A DNA stretch of 60,239 bases, filler included, from 9 parts of 9 records of this genome joined end to end with filler, not necessarily neighbours in it, one strand, 5' to 3'. Positions 21,291 to 31,065 are shown, counted from the first letter of the whole stretch. Notes: a model not told the origin generated them from the sequence alone. A program made the numbers and translations.

Positions 21291-22277
21291 TTAAAACTGG
21301 ATCAAAGAAGATCCCCAAGTCAGGCCGCCGCCAAAGGTGGCCAAGAGGACCAGATCTCCGTCCTTGATGAAACCGGATTCCTTTGCGTCGGCAAGTCCGA
21401 TAGGGATGGATGCGGCAGATGTGTTGCCGAACTTATCCACATTCGCAAAAACCTTTTCGCGTGCGATACCCAGCTTTTTGCCCACGGCCTCAATGATGCG
21501 CATATTGGCTTGGTGGGGCAGCAGTACATCTACGTCTTCTATGGTCAACCCTTGTCTCTCAAGTATTTCATTGGAGATAGAGGTCATGGAGCGTACTGCG
21601 TGTTTGTAAATTTCACGTCCCTGCATTTCTACGAAGTTCTCAACGCCTACGGTATCCCCCATTTTGTAGGGGTAGGCGGAACCAGCTCCTTTGATGGTCA
21701 GGTTCATGCCCGGACGGCCGTCGGCGCGGACAAGGGTGTCGAGTACTTTTCCGGGGTCTCCGTCTTTTCCGGCGGTCATAACCGCCGCGCCTGCACCGTC
21801 TCCGAAGAGTACGCAGGTGGAACGGTCTTCCCAGTTTACACGGCTGGTGACGACTTCGGCACCGCAGACCAGAATCTTTGCAGAGGGATCGAGATTGATA
21901 AGTGCCCGGGCCACCTCAACAGCGTATACAAAACCGGAGCAGGCCGCGGAAAGGTCCATGGCTGCCTTGTTTTTGATACCCAGCCGCTCCATGAGCAGGC
22001 AGGATGTGGTGGGAACAGGCATATCGCCGGTGAAGGTGGCGATGATTACGTGGGTGAGTTCTTCCGCTTCCATGTCAGCGGCCTTGAGGGCTTTTAGAGA
22101 TGCCTCATAAGCCAGATCCAGACATGTTTCGTTTTCAACAACATGGCGCTGTTTGATTCCGGTGCGGGTGGTTATCCATTCATCGTTGGTATCAACGATT
22201 TTTTCGAGATCACTGTTTGTGTATATCCGCTCAGGGACATGGAAACCAAGGCCCCTGATGTGTGAGAAAGTACTCAT
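21291..22277 (-). CDS. fabH: 3-oxoacyl-ACP synthase III
   Basis: AACSGF, FGDGAGA, PHQANMRI and GNTSAASIP. Confidence 0.96.
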   Translation of the reverse strand: MSTFSHIRGLGFHVPERIYTNSDLEKIVDTNDEWITTRTGIKQRHVVENETCLDLAYEASLKALKAADMEAEELTHVIIATFTGDMPVPTTSCLLMERLGIKNKAAMDLSAACSGFVYAVEVARALINLDPSAKILVCGAEVVTSRVNWEDRSTCVLFGDGAGAAVMTAGKDGDPGKVLDTLVRADGRPGMNLTIKGAGSAYPYKMGDTVGVENFVEMQGREIYKHAVRSMTSISNEILERQGLTIEDVDVLLPHQANMRIIEAVGKKLGIAREKVFANVDKFGNTSAASIPIGLADAKESGFIKDGDLVLLATFGGGLTWGSSLIQF

Positions 22278-22402
22278 TACGCCATTCCTGTTTTAGGATG
22301 GAAAGGGAGCGATTTTCCGGGTGATGCGCCTACTGTCCGAATACTGGACCGCAGGAAGTCCGCTCTGGTGTTGCGCCCATCAAAGCATTTGAGGGTGTTA
22401 CA

Positions 22403-23428
22403 CTAGAATTTAGTTGCGGTGATTTCCTTGTGTGCGGCCAATCCTTCTTTCAGGTGCGCGACAGCATCGTTTTTGACAAAGGTGGCAGCCATCTCAATGG
22501 CTTTTTCCACTGCCCGGGAATCGGCTTTACCATGGCAGACAAGGACAATTCCTTTTAGTCCGAGGACCGGAGCTCCGCCGTACTCAGACTTATCTAACAG
22601 TCTACTGAATCTTTTAAAAGCTTTCATTGCGAGCATGGCTCCCAGCTTGGAAACGATGTCTCGCTTGAGTTCGCCTTTCAGCAGGCTGCCGAAACTGTGG
22701 GCCAGCCCTTCGGCCAGCTTGAGTGCCACGTTGCCCACGAATCCGTCACAAACGGCAATATCAACATCTCCGGTAAAAATATCGCGACCTTCAATGTTGC
22801 CCATGAAATTCAGAGATGAATTCTTGAGCATATCGTAGGTGGTTTTTACCAGTGAGTTGCCTTTACCTTCCTCTTCACCGATGGTCAAAAGACCGATGCG
22901 CGGGTTTTCATACCCCAGCACGTCACGGGCCAGTACATCGGCCATGATGCCGAACTGGAAAAGGTGTTCCGGTTTGGAATCCACATTAGCTCCTACATCA
23001 AGCAGGACCATGGGCTTCTTTTCAGTGGGCAGAATTCCGGCCATACCCGGACGCAGGACGCCCTTGATCCGGCCGATGGTGAACATGCCGCAGGCGACAG
23101 TAGCTCCGGAGTTACCGGCACTGACGACACCGTCGGCCTTGCCCTCCTTAACCAGTCTGCATGCGACCTGAATTGATGAGTCCTTCTTCTTGCGCATAGC
23201 GTCGGCAGGCTTGTCTTCCATTGTGACAACCTGAGAAGCATGGACAATATCAATAGCACATGATCCGGTATCAAGCTTATCAAGCTCGGACCGGATCATG
23301 TGCTCATCACCTACCAGCGTAATCGGGAGTCCCGTTCTAGCGGCATTAACCGCTGCGGGGACAATAACCGAAAGGCCGTAATCGCCACCCATGGCGTCTA
23401 CGGCAATGCGGGGTATTATGCTAGGCAT
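22403..23428 (-). CDS. plsX: Phosphate acyltransferase
   Basis: IAVDAMGGD, SAGNSGA, LDVGAN, GEEEGKGN and CDGFVGNV. Confidence 0.96.
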   Translation of the reverse strand: MPSIIPRIAVDAMGGDYGLSVIVPAAVNAARTGLPITLVGDEHMIRSELDKLDTGSCAIDIVHASQVVTMEDKPADAMRKKKDSSIQVACRLVKEGKADGVVSAGNSGATVACGMFTIGRIKGVLRPGMAGILPTEKKPMVLLDVGANVDSKPEHLFQFGIMADVLARDVLGYENPRIGLLTIGEEEGKGNSLVKTTYDMLKNSSLNFMGNIEGRDIFTGDVDIAVCDGFVGNVALKLAEGLAHSFGSLLKGELKRDIVSKLGAMLAMKAFKRFSRLLDKSEYGGAPVLGLKGIVLVCHGKADSRAVEKAIEMAATFVKNDAVAHLKEGLAAHKEITATKF

Positions 23429-23600
23429 CTTCGGAATTGATTACCTGACGACCTTTGTAGGAACCGCAAGAAGAGCAAGCTCTGTGAGGGATGATAGGTT
23501 CACCGCACTCGCAGTATACTACGTTGGGGGTTGCTACGTGGTCGTGGGAACGACGCATGTTTCTGCGGGATTTGGAAGTTTTCTTTTTCGGCTGTGCCAT
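23421..23600 (-). CDS. rpmF: 50S ribosomal protein L32
   Basis: Manual translation: MAQPKKKTSKSRRNMRRSHDHVATPNVVYCECGEPIIPHRACSSCGSYKGRQVINSEDA* (59 aa, below the ORF-track cutoff). Overlaps the plsX start. Confidence 0.96.
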   Translation of the reverse strand: MAQPKKKTSKSRRNMRRSHDHVATPNVVYCECGEPIIPHRACSSCGSYKGRQVINSEDA

Positions 23601-23652
23601 GACTAAGTCTCCTAAAGAGTTTTTTTTAAAGCCGATCCGTGCGGACCGGAAT

Positions 23653-24171
23653 TTAGTTCTTTATCTTAAGATTGCGGAAAACCGCAAGCCTCGGATCGCC
23701 CTCTTCCTGTTCGCATTCGCAGCCGCCTTCATTAAGGTCGGCTCCGCACTTGCCGCAAAGTCCCTTGCAGTCTTCTTTGCAAAGGGGCTTGATCGGAAGT
23801 GCCATTACGAAATGTTCCCAGAGGAGGGCACCGATATCGATTTTGAGTCCTTCTTTGGTCTTTACAACGGGGGATGGTTCATCATCCCCGTCTTCAGCGA
23901 CCTGCTCATATTCCTCGAATTCGGTGGAAATATTGTGCTTGTAGTCTGCCGTGCACCTGTCGCATGCAATTGTCACGGAACCTTTAGTTCCACCTTTGAC
24001 AAGGCATCCTTTATCCTGAGGAAGGACATAGACTTCAGACACCAGCGCAGTGCCGGGTTTGACTTCTATTTTATACTGTTTCCATGCTGCGGCCCAGAAA
24101 TTCTGGTCCTCGAAAACAAAATTTTGTCCCTCTTCGGGGATGTCGTTTAATGTAATCCAGAGTTCAGACAT
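23653..24171 (-). CDS. yceD: DUF177/YceD 23S rRNA accumulation protein
   Basis: CDRC and LPIKPLCKEDCKGLCGKCG...C.C...DPRLAVF; sits upstream of rpmF. Confidence 0.9.
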   Translation of the reverse strand: MSELWITLNDIPEEGQNFVFEDQNFWAAAWKQYKIEVKPGTALVSEVYVLPQDKGCLVKGGTKGSVTIACDRCTADYKHNISTEFEEYEQVAEDGDDEPSPVVKTKEGLKIDIGALLWEHFVMALPIKPLCKEDCKGLCGKCGADLNEGGCECEQEEGDPRLAVFRNLKIKN

Positions 24172-24353
24172 ATTTTTCCTCGCGGAAGGGTTTCCTATAT
24201 GAGTTTTTTTTCTTCTGTCAAGGAAAAAGAGCTTGCATTTTCCAGAGCGAGCGTTTAAATGATACCTCTTTTGTTCGGGAAGAGCAATTTTCCTTGCGTG
24301 AATCCGCGCTTTCCGGCAATCTAAAAAAGTGACTACCATCAAGGAGGTTCAAC

Positions 24354-24566
24354 ATGTCCCAGGTATGCGATATATGCGGTAAAGGTCCTCAGACTGGCAA
24401 TAACGTTTCTCATGCTCACAACAAGACTAAGAGACGTTTCATGCCTAACCTGCAGAAAGTCCGCACTCAGCTTCCCAGCGGTGAAGTAAAAAGCATCAAA
24501 GCTTGTACCCGCTGCATCCGCTCCGGCGCTGTTGTTAAGCCCGTAGCTACGAAAAAAGTAAGCTAA
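24354..24566 (+). CDS. rpmB: 50S ribosomal protein L28
   Basis: [39 protein letters not shown]. Confidence 0.97.
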   Translation: MSQVCDICGKGPQTGNNVSHAHNKTKRRFMPNLQKVRTQLPSGEVKSIKACTRCIRSGAVVKPVATKKVS

Positions 24567-24599
24567 GCTTCTTTTTTATTTTTCGCACGATTCGTCGTG

Positions 24600-24642
24600 T
24601 AAAAAGCCCCGGTCATAATTATTTATGGCTGGGGCTTTTTTT
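24600..24642. terminator. Bidirectional terminator
   Basis: AAAAAGCCCC...GGGGCTTTTTT between convergent genes. Confidence 0.8.
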
Positions 24643-24653
24643 GGATCTGTTTT

Positions 24654-25016
24654 TTATTCAGCTGCCCACTTTAATGCTTCTTCCAACTCTTCTGCAGGGT
24701 AAGTTTTTGCTTCCCCGCTTACCAGTGCACCTGCTACTTTAGTTCCCCATTCCACCCATGACGGCCCGCCGACAACAGCCAGCTTGTCAAAGTCATTGCG
24801 GTGGGCAAATCCGAATTTGGTATCCTCCCACATGGCCTTCAAATCCCAGCCCTTAAAATTTTCATCCATGTAAAGGAGACATCGGCATTTGCCGTGTTCC
24901 GTAATTGTTTTTTGCAGAGCCGGAATCCATATTTCGGTATAGTCATCGCCCGTAACCTTGCCTGTGGCTGTTACTGCAAGCATGGGGCCGCTACTTTCTT
25001 TCATGATGGTGATCAT
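24654..25016 (-). CDS. SpoIIAA-like (STAS/SEC14) protein
   Basis: ATGKVTGDDY, FKGWDLKAMWED, KLAVVG...W and EEALKW pattern. Confidence 0.85.
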   Translation of the reverse strand: MITIMKESSGPMLAVTATGKVTGDDYTEIWIPALQKTITEHGKCRCLLYMDENFKGWDLKAMWEDTKFGFAHRNDFDKLAVVGGPSWVEWGTKVAGALVSGEAKTYPAEELEEALKWAAE

Positions 25017-25136
25017 TGTTCGTCTCCTTGGAATTAATGTGAGAAGGAAAGATTAATCATATTTATCATGGCAGCTAAACAAAGGGAAAGCTTCAAGTTG
25101 GAAACTTTCCCTTTGTTATGTTGTTTTGTGCTAGAA

Positions 25137-27065
25137 TCAAACAGCTTCAAAAGCCTGTTTCCTGAACACCGATCTCTCGCGCAGCATCATCACTACTAAC
25201 AATGCTGCTCCAGCAGCGTGCAGCCGCATGTCAGGCCAGAGCAGAAGGCCTGCAGTAGCCATGTAGAACAGTCTTTGACCTATATTCAGGGCGTATGTGT
25301 TGAAACCCTCAAAGAATACCGCAAAGCAGAACAGACCGGCTGTGCCGGTTATTACCGTTTCGGCAACCTGCCAGAGCGGTCCCTCAAAAAGAATCGGGGT
25401 GTAGCAGAAGAGCAGGGGGATTATGTACAGCCCCTTGGCTATCTTCCATGACTCAAAGCCTGTTTCCAAAGGCTTGGAGCCGGATATGCCCGAGGCGCTG
25501 TAGGCAGCGAGGCAGACCGGCGGGGTAACGTTGGCATCTTGGGAGTACCAGAAAATAAGCATATGGGCTGCGATAAGGCTTGTGCCGAGCATTTGCATGG
25601 CCGGGGCAGCAAGTACCGCCAGAACGATGTAGGAGGCAGTTACAGGCAGTCCCATACCCAGAACAAGGGATGCTACTGCAACCATGACGATGGTCAGCAG
25701 CAAACTGTTACCTGCGATCATGGTGATGAGCATGGAGAATTTGATTCCCATGCCGACCATAAGTACTACGCCGACCACGATGCCGGAGCAAAGCAGGATG
25801 ACCCCGGTGGTGACCATGTTCTGGCCGCCGGAAGCAAGGGCGTCCATGATGTCCCGTCCAGACATGCGGGTTTTGGGATTAAGCCAGCTTGCGACCACTA
25901 TGGCAGCAATTCCGCCACAGGCCGCAAAGGTGGGGGTAAATCCGTACATAAGCAGGCCCATGAGTGCGCCGATGGGAATGAAGAAGTTCCAGCCCTCTTT
26001 CATGACTTGACCGATACGTGGGATGTCCTCTTCGGGAATGGGTTTGATGCCAAGTTTTTTGGCCCGCAAATGGACGAAAAAGGCCACGCTGACAAAGTAC
26101 ATGATCGCCGGGATGAAAGCCACTCCGACAATAGTCAGGTAGGGAATCTGGGTCCACTGACTCATAATAAATGCGCCAGCACCCATGATGGGAGGCATGA
26201 GCTGTCCTCCAGTGGAGGCCGCAGCTTCAACTCCTCCGGCAAATTTGCTGGGGAATCCGGTCTTTTTCATCATGGGGATGGTGATGGAACCGGTGCCTAC
26301 TGTGTTGGCAACCGCACTGCCGGACACAGAACCCATGAAACCGGAAGCGAAAACCGCCATTTTGGCCGGACCGCCGATGGTGCGGCCCATGGATGCCATG
26401 GCCAGTTTGATGATGAATTCCCCGGCTCCGGATTTAATCAGGAAAGAAGCAAAGAGTACGAACAGAAAGACAAAAGTACTCGAGATAGTGGCAATGGTTC
26501 CGAAGATGCCGTCCGGCGCAAAATACATACGGTAAAGCATGCGCTGGATGGTCACGCCCGGAAAATGCCAGAGCCCGTCCAGATATTGCCCGCCGCCAAG
26601 TCCGTAGAACAGAAAGATCGCTGCCAGACAGGGGATGAGCAGTCCGGTGGTCCTGCGGGTGATTTCCATCAAAAGCACGATCGCCAACCCTGCCGCAATG
26701 AGGTCAGCCATGATAGGCACTTCGTTACGCATGTGCAGGGCATCTTCGAAGAATACGAGATAAAGACCCGTTGCAAAGGATAGAATTGCCAGAAAATAGT
26801 CAATGGGCAGAGTTTCACGGGCATGTTTTTTAAGCATCGGATATTGCAGGAACCCGATAAATAACATGAATGAATAGTGAACAGCGTTGCGTTGGATTTC
26901 CGGCATGATGCCGATGGTGTTTACCCAGAGGTGGAAAAGTGAACAGATGATGCCCGTTGCGTATAAAAGCTGTGCGGTTCGCCCTTCGATTACACGTTTG
27001 ATTGCAAGGGTTTCACCGCCAGAATCTTTTTTTACTGCCGGCTTTTTAGAAATGTTGTCGGCCAT
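25137..27065 (-). CDS. TAXI-TRAP transporter fused permease (4TM/12TM)
   Basis: GGPAKMAV, GSAVANTVGTG, ASTGGQLMPPIMGAGAF, LGMGLPVTASY and TPPVCLAAY. Confidence 0.93.
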   Translation of the reverse strand: MADNISKKPAVKKDSGGETLAIKRVIEGRTAQLLYATGIICSLFHLWVNTIGIMPEIQRNAVHYSFMLFIGFLQYPMLKKHARETLPIDYFLAILSFATGLYLVFFEDALHMRNEVPIMADLIAAGLAIVLLMEITRRTTGLLIPCLAAIFLFYGLGGGQYLDGLWHFPGVTIQRMLYRMYFAPDGIFGTIATISSTFVFLFVLFASFLIKSGAGEFIIKLAMASMGRTIGGPAKMAVFASGFMGSVSGSAVANTVGTGSITIPMMKKTGFPSKFAGGVEAAASTGGQLMPPIMGAGAFIMSQWTQIPYLTIVGVAFIPAIMYFVSVAFFVHLRAKKLGIKPIPEEDIPRIGQVMKEGWNFFIPIGALMGLLMYGFTPTFAACGGIAAIVVASWLNPKTRMSGRDIMDALASGGQNMVTTGVILLCSGIVVGVVLMVGMGIKFSMLITMIAGNSLLLTIVMVAVASLVLGMGLPVTASYIVLAVLAAPAMQMLGTSLIAAHMLIFWYSQDANVTPPVCLAAYSASGISGSKPLETGFESWKIAKGLYIIPLLFCYTPILFEGPLWQVAETVITGTAGLFCFAVFFEGFNTYALNIGQRLFYMATAGLLLWPDMRLHAAGAALLVVMMLRERSVFRKQAFEAV

Positions 27066-27101
27066 AAGATATCCTTGGAAGAAAATTAAATAAGATACAG
27101 A

Positions 27102-27180
27102 GCGAAGCTTATTAAAAGAGTTTGGGATTCTTAAACCCTTTTCAAGGGGGTTAAGGCCTCCGGCAGGACCGCCGGAGGCC
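27102..27180 (-). repeat. REP-like intergenic palindromic element (copy 2)
   Basis: Minus strand reads GGCCTCCGGCGG...two hairpins...TTTTAATAAGCTTCGC, matching the ends of 2681-2761. Confidence 0.72.
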
Positions 27181-27188
27181 TCTTGTAA

Positions 27189-27339
27189 TTATTTAATTAC
27201 ACCAACTTCGCGGTAGAATTTTTCAGCACCGGGATGCAGGGGTGCGGGCAGACCAGCGGTGGCGCGTTCGAGAGACATTGCTTTGGTCGCCTTGTGGATG
27301 TTGTTCAGGAAGGGCAGGTTTTCGTAAATGGTCTTGGTG
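27189..27339 (-). CDS. TAXI family TRAP solute-binding subunit (C-terminal fragment)
   Basis: ...TKTIYENLPFLNNIHKATKAM...PAPLHPGAEKFYREVGVIK*; PLHPGA is characteristic of TAXI receptors. Confidence 0.88.
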
Positions 27340-27439
27340 NNNNNNNNNNNNNNNNNNNNNNNNNNNNNNNNNNNNNNNNNNNNTTAATTAATTAANNNNN
27401 NNNNNNNNNNNNNNNNNNNNNNNNNNNNNNNNNNNNNNN
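27340..27439. other. Artificial contig linker
   Basis: N-runs around TTAATTAATTAA. Confidence 0.99.
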
Positions 27440-27440
27440 T

Positions 27441-27569
27441 TATGGTGGAGATATTTCGAGAAAGAAAAAACTTCTACAAAAGCAAAAAGAAGGTAAAAAA
27501 AGAATGAAGCAAATCGGGAATGTAGAAATTCCACAAGAAGCTTTCATTTCAGTATTAAAATTAGACTAA
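27441..27569 (+). CDS. lepA: Elongation factor 4 (C-terminal fragment)
   Basis: [42 protein letters not shown]. Confidence 0.96.
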   Translation, partial: YGGDISRKKKLLQKQKEGKKRMKQIGNVEIPQEAFISVLKLD

Positions 27570-27571
27570 TT

Positions 27572-27612
27572 AACATAAAAAATCCGCAGATAAACTGCGG
27601 ATTTTTTATGTT
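27572..27612. terminator. Bidirectional terminator between lepA and rubrerythrin
   Basis: 18-bp perfect inverted repeat AACATAAAAAATCCGCAG/CTGCGGATTTTTTATGTT. Confidence 0.9.
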
Positions 27613-27630
27613 TTGATTAATATTTGATTA

Positions 27631-28209
27631 TTAATAGTTAACTTCTTTAATTTCAAAATGAGCTTTAGGATGAACACATGCCGGACATTTTTCAGGAGCT
27701 TCAGGTCCTTCATGAACATATCCGCAGTTTCTACATTTCCATCTTACAGAATCACCTTTTTTAAATACTTCACCATTTTCAATATTAGCAGCAAGTTTTA
27801 AATATCTAGCTTCATGTTCTTTTTCTACTTTAGCGATCATTCTAAATGCAGCAGCAACAGCCGGGAATCCTTCCTCTTGAGCTGTATCAGCAAAAGCAGG
27901 GTATAATTCTGTCCATTCTTCATTTTCACCTGCAGCAGCAGCTTTTAAATTCTCAACAGTTGTTCCGATTTTTCCGGCAGGATACATTGCAGTTATTTCT
28001 AAACCTTCACCAGATTCCAAAAATTTGAAAAATCTTTTAGCATGTTCTTTTTCATTATCAGCAGTTTCAGTAAAAAGATATGAAATTTGCTCATACCCCT
28101 CTTTTTTTGCTACTTTTGCAAAATAAGTATATCTGTTTCTTGCTTGTGATTCCCCTGCAAAAGCTTTTAGTAGATTTTCTTCAGTTTTTGTTCCTTTTAG
28201 ATTTGCCAT
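27631..28209 (-). CDS. rbr: Rubrerythrin
   Basis: [27 protein letters not shown] and the rubredoxin domain CRNCGY...CPAC. Confidence 0.96.
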   Translation of the reverse strand: MANLKGTKTEENLLKAFAGESQARNRYTYFAKVAKKEGYEQISYLFTETADNEKEHAKRFFKFLESGEGLEITAMYPAGKIGTTVENLKAAAAGENEEWTELYPAFADTAQEEGFPAVAAAFRMIAKVEKEHEARYLKLAANIENGEVFKKGDSVRWKCRNCGYVHEGPEAPEKCPACVHPKAHFEIKEVNY

Positions 28210-28475
28210 TAAAAAATCCTCCTCAATATTTATTTTGATTTTGTTTAAATAAAATTTTAACTAAGTTATGTTCATAGTTTAAATTACTAAGAAAATCTAA
28301 TTTTCCTTTTAATAATTTAAAAAATAATCAATATTTATATTTTAATACGAATAAAGTAAAAAAATCTACCTTAAAGTTATAGAAAAGATATGTGATTTTT
28401 ATGTGGTAAAGTTATAAAAAATTGATCAACAAAAAAACAAGTCCTATAAAAATAGAACTTGTGATTTATAATTAT

Positions 28476-29813
28476 TTATCCAAAAATATTACTATCAAAT
28501 ATCTTACTTGCTTTGTCAACGAATTTACTTCTGTGTACTTTATTTAAAGTAATATGTGCTGTTTCGTCTAACTCTTTTAGCCATTCAACAGCTGCATAAA
28601 GTCCGGATTTGTCAGGGTCTAATCTAGATATAGTCTGCTGCCCGACATCCCCTATAAGAATTAGTTTAGAATTTTCACCAATTCTTGTAATAATTGATCT
28701 CATTGCATGAATATCAAAAGACTGCGCTTCATCTATAACTACAATTCTATTTAAAAAACTAGAACCTAAAATAGATGAAATATCAAGTACTTCCAGTTTA
28801 TTTTGGTTTTTTAATGCCATTAGCATATCGATACCGTTTTTACTTCTTTTATTTCTAATATTCTGAATATTCTCAAGAGTTGTAGTATAACTACCGAAAT
28901 GAGTTAATAATTTTTCTTCCGTATCTCCGGTAGTAAACCCCTGATAACTCCATTTATCAATAGGAGAAGTATTTTTACCAATAATAATTTTTTCATATTG
29001 ACCTGTCTCCATAACCATGTGTAGAGCCGCTGAGAGAGCCAAGAGAGTCTTTCCGCAACCTTGCCTTGAAGTTATAGTCACAAAGTTTAATTTATCGTTT
29101 AATAAAGCCTCAAAGGCAAATTTTTGTCTTATATCTTTTGGATTTACTCCATATGGTGAATGATTTTCATAATGAAGTTTAACAATTGAATTGGAGTTTA
29201 GATCAAATTTTCCAACGATTTTATTATAATCATAATCTGTTAAACCAACGAAAAACTGATTTGGATTTAAGCTTTCGATTCCAAGCTCATCTATTGAGAT
29301 TTGACCATGTTTGTAGAACTCTTTTACATTTTCCACTGAAATCTTTGCTTCATAAATTCCTGTGTATAAATCATCAAGCTTATGTTTATCTGACAAATCA
29401 AGTAATTCACTTTTGATATTAAATGAAGAAGCTTTTACTCTCATACTAATATCATTTGTTACTAAAATATGATCTTTATATTTATCAGACAACATCATTG
29501 CAAGAATTTTATTATCTGTATACGTTTTATCAAAACTGCTTGGAAGAAGGGCTTCATTATCCTCTTCAAGGGCAGTTTTTAAGATTACGTTATTATCTAT
29601 CTCTATTCCTTCAAGGAGATTACCTTTTTCCTCGATTTTTTTAAAATTCCTAAAAAATTGTCTTGCTCTAAATCCACTATTACCATCTCTTGATTTAATT
29701 TTATCAAGTTCCTCTAAAACATTAATAGGTATAATAATTTCACAATTATTAAAATCCTTTGTGAAAAATGGATTGGCGATTATTATGTTAGTATCAATTA
29801 TATATGATTTAAT
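28476..29813 (-). CDS. PIN-PhoH (PhoH2/YlaK-like) protein, probable ATT start
   Basis: The frame stays open 105 codons upstream of the track ATG (29498): IKSYIIDTNI...VLEELDK...DNKIL...LVTNDISMRVKA is a complete PIN domain. The PhoH part has QGCGKT, IDEAQ, ITRIGENSK and GDVGQ. Confidence 0.9.
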   Translation of the reverse strand: MKSYIIDTNIIIANPFFTKDFNNCEIIIPINVLEELDKIKSRDGNSGFRARQFFRNFKKIEEKGNLLEGIEIDNNVILKTALEEDNEALLPSSFDKTYTDNKILAMMLSDKYKDHILVTNDISMRVKASSFNIKSELLDLSDKHKLDDLYTGIYEAKISVENVKEFYKHGQISIDELGIESLNPNQFFVGLTDYDYNKIVGKFDLNSNSIVKLHYENHSPYGVNPKDIRQKFAFEALLNDKLNFVTITSRQGCGKTLLALSAALHMVMETGQYEKIIIGKNTSPIDKWSYQGFTTGDTEEKLLTHFGSYTTTLENIQNIRNKRSKNGIDMLMALKNQNKLEVLDISSILGSSFLNRIVVIDEAQSFDIHAMRSIITRIGENSKLILIGDVGQQTISRLDPDKSGLYAAVEWLKELDETAHITLNKVHRSKFVDKASKIFDSNIFG

Positions 29814-29900
29814 GTTTCATCCCTCCAAGTAAATTATTTCAAGAAAATTATAACCTATTTTCTATTTTTAATAAAGAAAATTTTGTAAAATTAAGCAAAT

Positions 29901-29932
29901 AAAAAACCTCTCAATAAGAGAAGTTTTTTTTT
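29901..29932 (-). terminator. Terminator after the 35-aa ORF
   Basis: AAAAAAC(C)TCTC/GAGA(A)GTTTTTT hairpin. Confidence 0.6.
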
Positions 29933-29962
29933 ATGAAGTAGATGATTTTGATATTTTCGTTT

Positions 29963-30070
29963 TTAGTCTTCTGTATGAAAGTCAGCGTCAGTAAATTGAC
30001 TAAGCAACTTGTGAACAACCATTACGATGAAAATAAGAAGAATTATTCCACCAGAGATTTCCCAAAACAT
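29963..30070 (-). CDS. 35-aa single-TM small protein
   Basis: MFWEISGGIILLIFIVMVVHKLLSQFTDADFHTED*. GAGGTG RBS 7 nt upstream, a TTGAAT-N17-TATAAA promoter-like sequence and a downstream terminator. Confidence 0.7.
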   Translation of the reverse strand: MFWEISGGIILLIFIVMVVHKLLSQFTDADFHTED

Positions 30071-30198
30071 TGCATAACACCTCACAACAAAATTTGCAAA
30101 CTAGCCACCTCAATTATATTTATATTACTTTTTATTTTAAAATTCAACAGTAAATTATTCAGATGGTTACCGAGATAAGTAAATAAAGGGGATATCTA

Positions 30199-30960
30199 TC
30201 AAAAAAGTTTTTCTTCAAACCAAGAATAAATATCATCTTTCATTACAGGAGAGACACGATGGTCAACTTTGTATGAATTAAATTTGATGTGATCTTTATC
30301 TAAAACTTGTTCATTTATTAACTTATCATAAAATCTTTTAGCAAAAATTTCAGGTACAAGTTCGTCAAATTCGCCGCCAAGTAAAAATAAATTTTTGTTA
30401 GCGAATCTATCTATATTTTTTTCAGGATCATTTTCTAATAAAAATTCTTCTTCATAATTAAGAAGATTAATATATGTTTTATCTGTATGCCTTAAGTATT
30501 TACCCAAATCTATCCATGAAGGACTCCCAATTGCACATACAATAGCAGAGATTTCATCAATAACACTTCCAGCATAACAGCTTAAGATTCCTCCCATTGA
30601 ATTTCCGGAAATTCCTATTTTATTAATATCAATGTTTTTTTCTTTAGTAAAATGTTTAATTAAAACTCTAATATCTGAGCTTGTTGAATAAACAATATCT
30701 AAAAGTTTCCCTACTTTATCCTCATATTTCAAAGAACAAAAATTAGGGTCTCTTCTTTCACCATGCTTTTCCGCATCGATTATTACAGTAAAAAAACCTC
30801 TTTCAGCAAGATTCCAAGCCATATCAGTATGAATCTCCTTTTTCGATTCAAAACCGTGAACTAAAAAAACCAGAGGCATATTATCCTTATTTTCCTCAAA
30901 GAAAGAAATTATGGGAATTTCGTTAATACTATATTTTTCACTAATAATTCTCTTCAACAT
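30199..30960 (-). CDS. Alpha/beta hydrolase (YjfP-like esterase)
   Basis: VHGF, DAEKHGER, the GNSMGG nucleophile elbow, DELVP and DH. Confidence 0.88.
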   Translation of the reverse strand: MLKRIISEKYSINEIPIISFFEENKDNMPLVFLVHGFESKKEIHTDMAWNLAERGFFTVIIDAEKHGERRDPNFCSLKYEDKVGKLLDIVYSTSSDIRVLIKHFTKEKNIDINKIGISGNSMGGILSCYAGSVIDEISAIVCAIGSPSWIDLGKYLRHTDKTYINLLNYEEEFLLENDPEKNIDRFANKNLFLLGGEFDELVPEIFAKRFYDKLINEQVLDKDHIKFNSYKVDHRVSPVMKDDIYSWFEEKLF

Positions 30961-31065
30961 TTCACCTTCCATTCAATCTATTGAATCAACGTCTTAAATG
31001 CTATTATTAATTGTGAAAGCTTAAAAGCAGTTACGGCATAAGGAGTTGATTCAAATGTTAAAATT

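Noticed and set aside
18735-24171. fab cluster lacking fabD
   Set aside because: fabD is often encoded elsewhere; this is an ordinary housekeeping arrangement.
18957-26783. Plus-strand ORFs of 363 aa and 414 aa and similar overlaps
   Set aside because: Antisense to fabF and the TRAP permease; they arise from codon bias.
29942-30178. 78-aa plus-strand ORF
   Set aside because: It has no RBS; the minus-strand 35-aa ORF has an RBS, a promoter-like sequence and a terminator.
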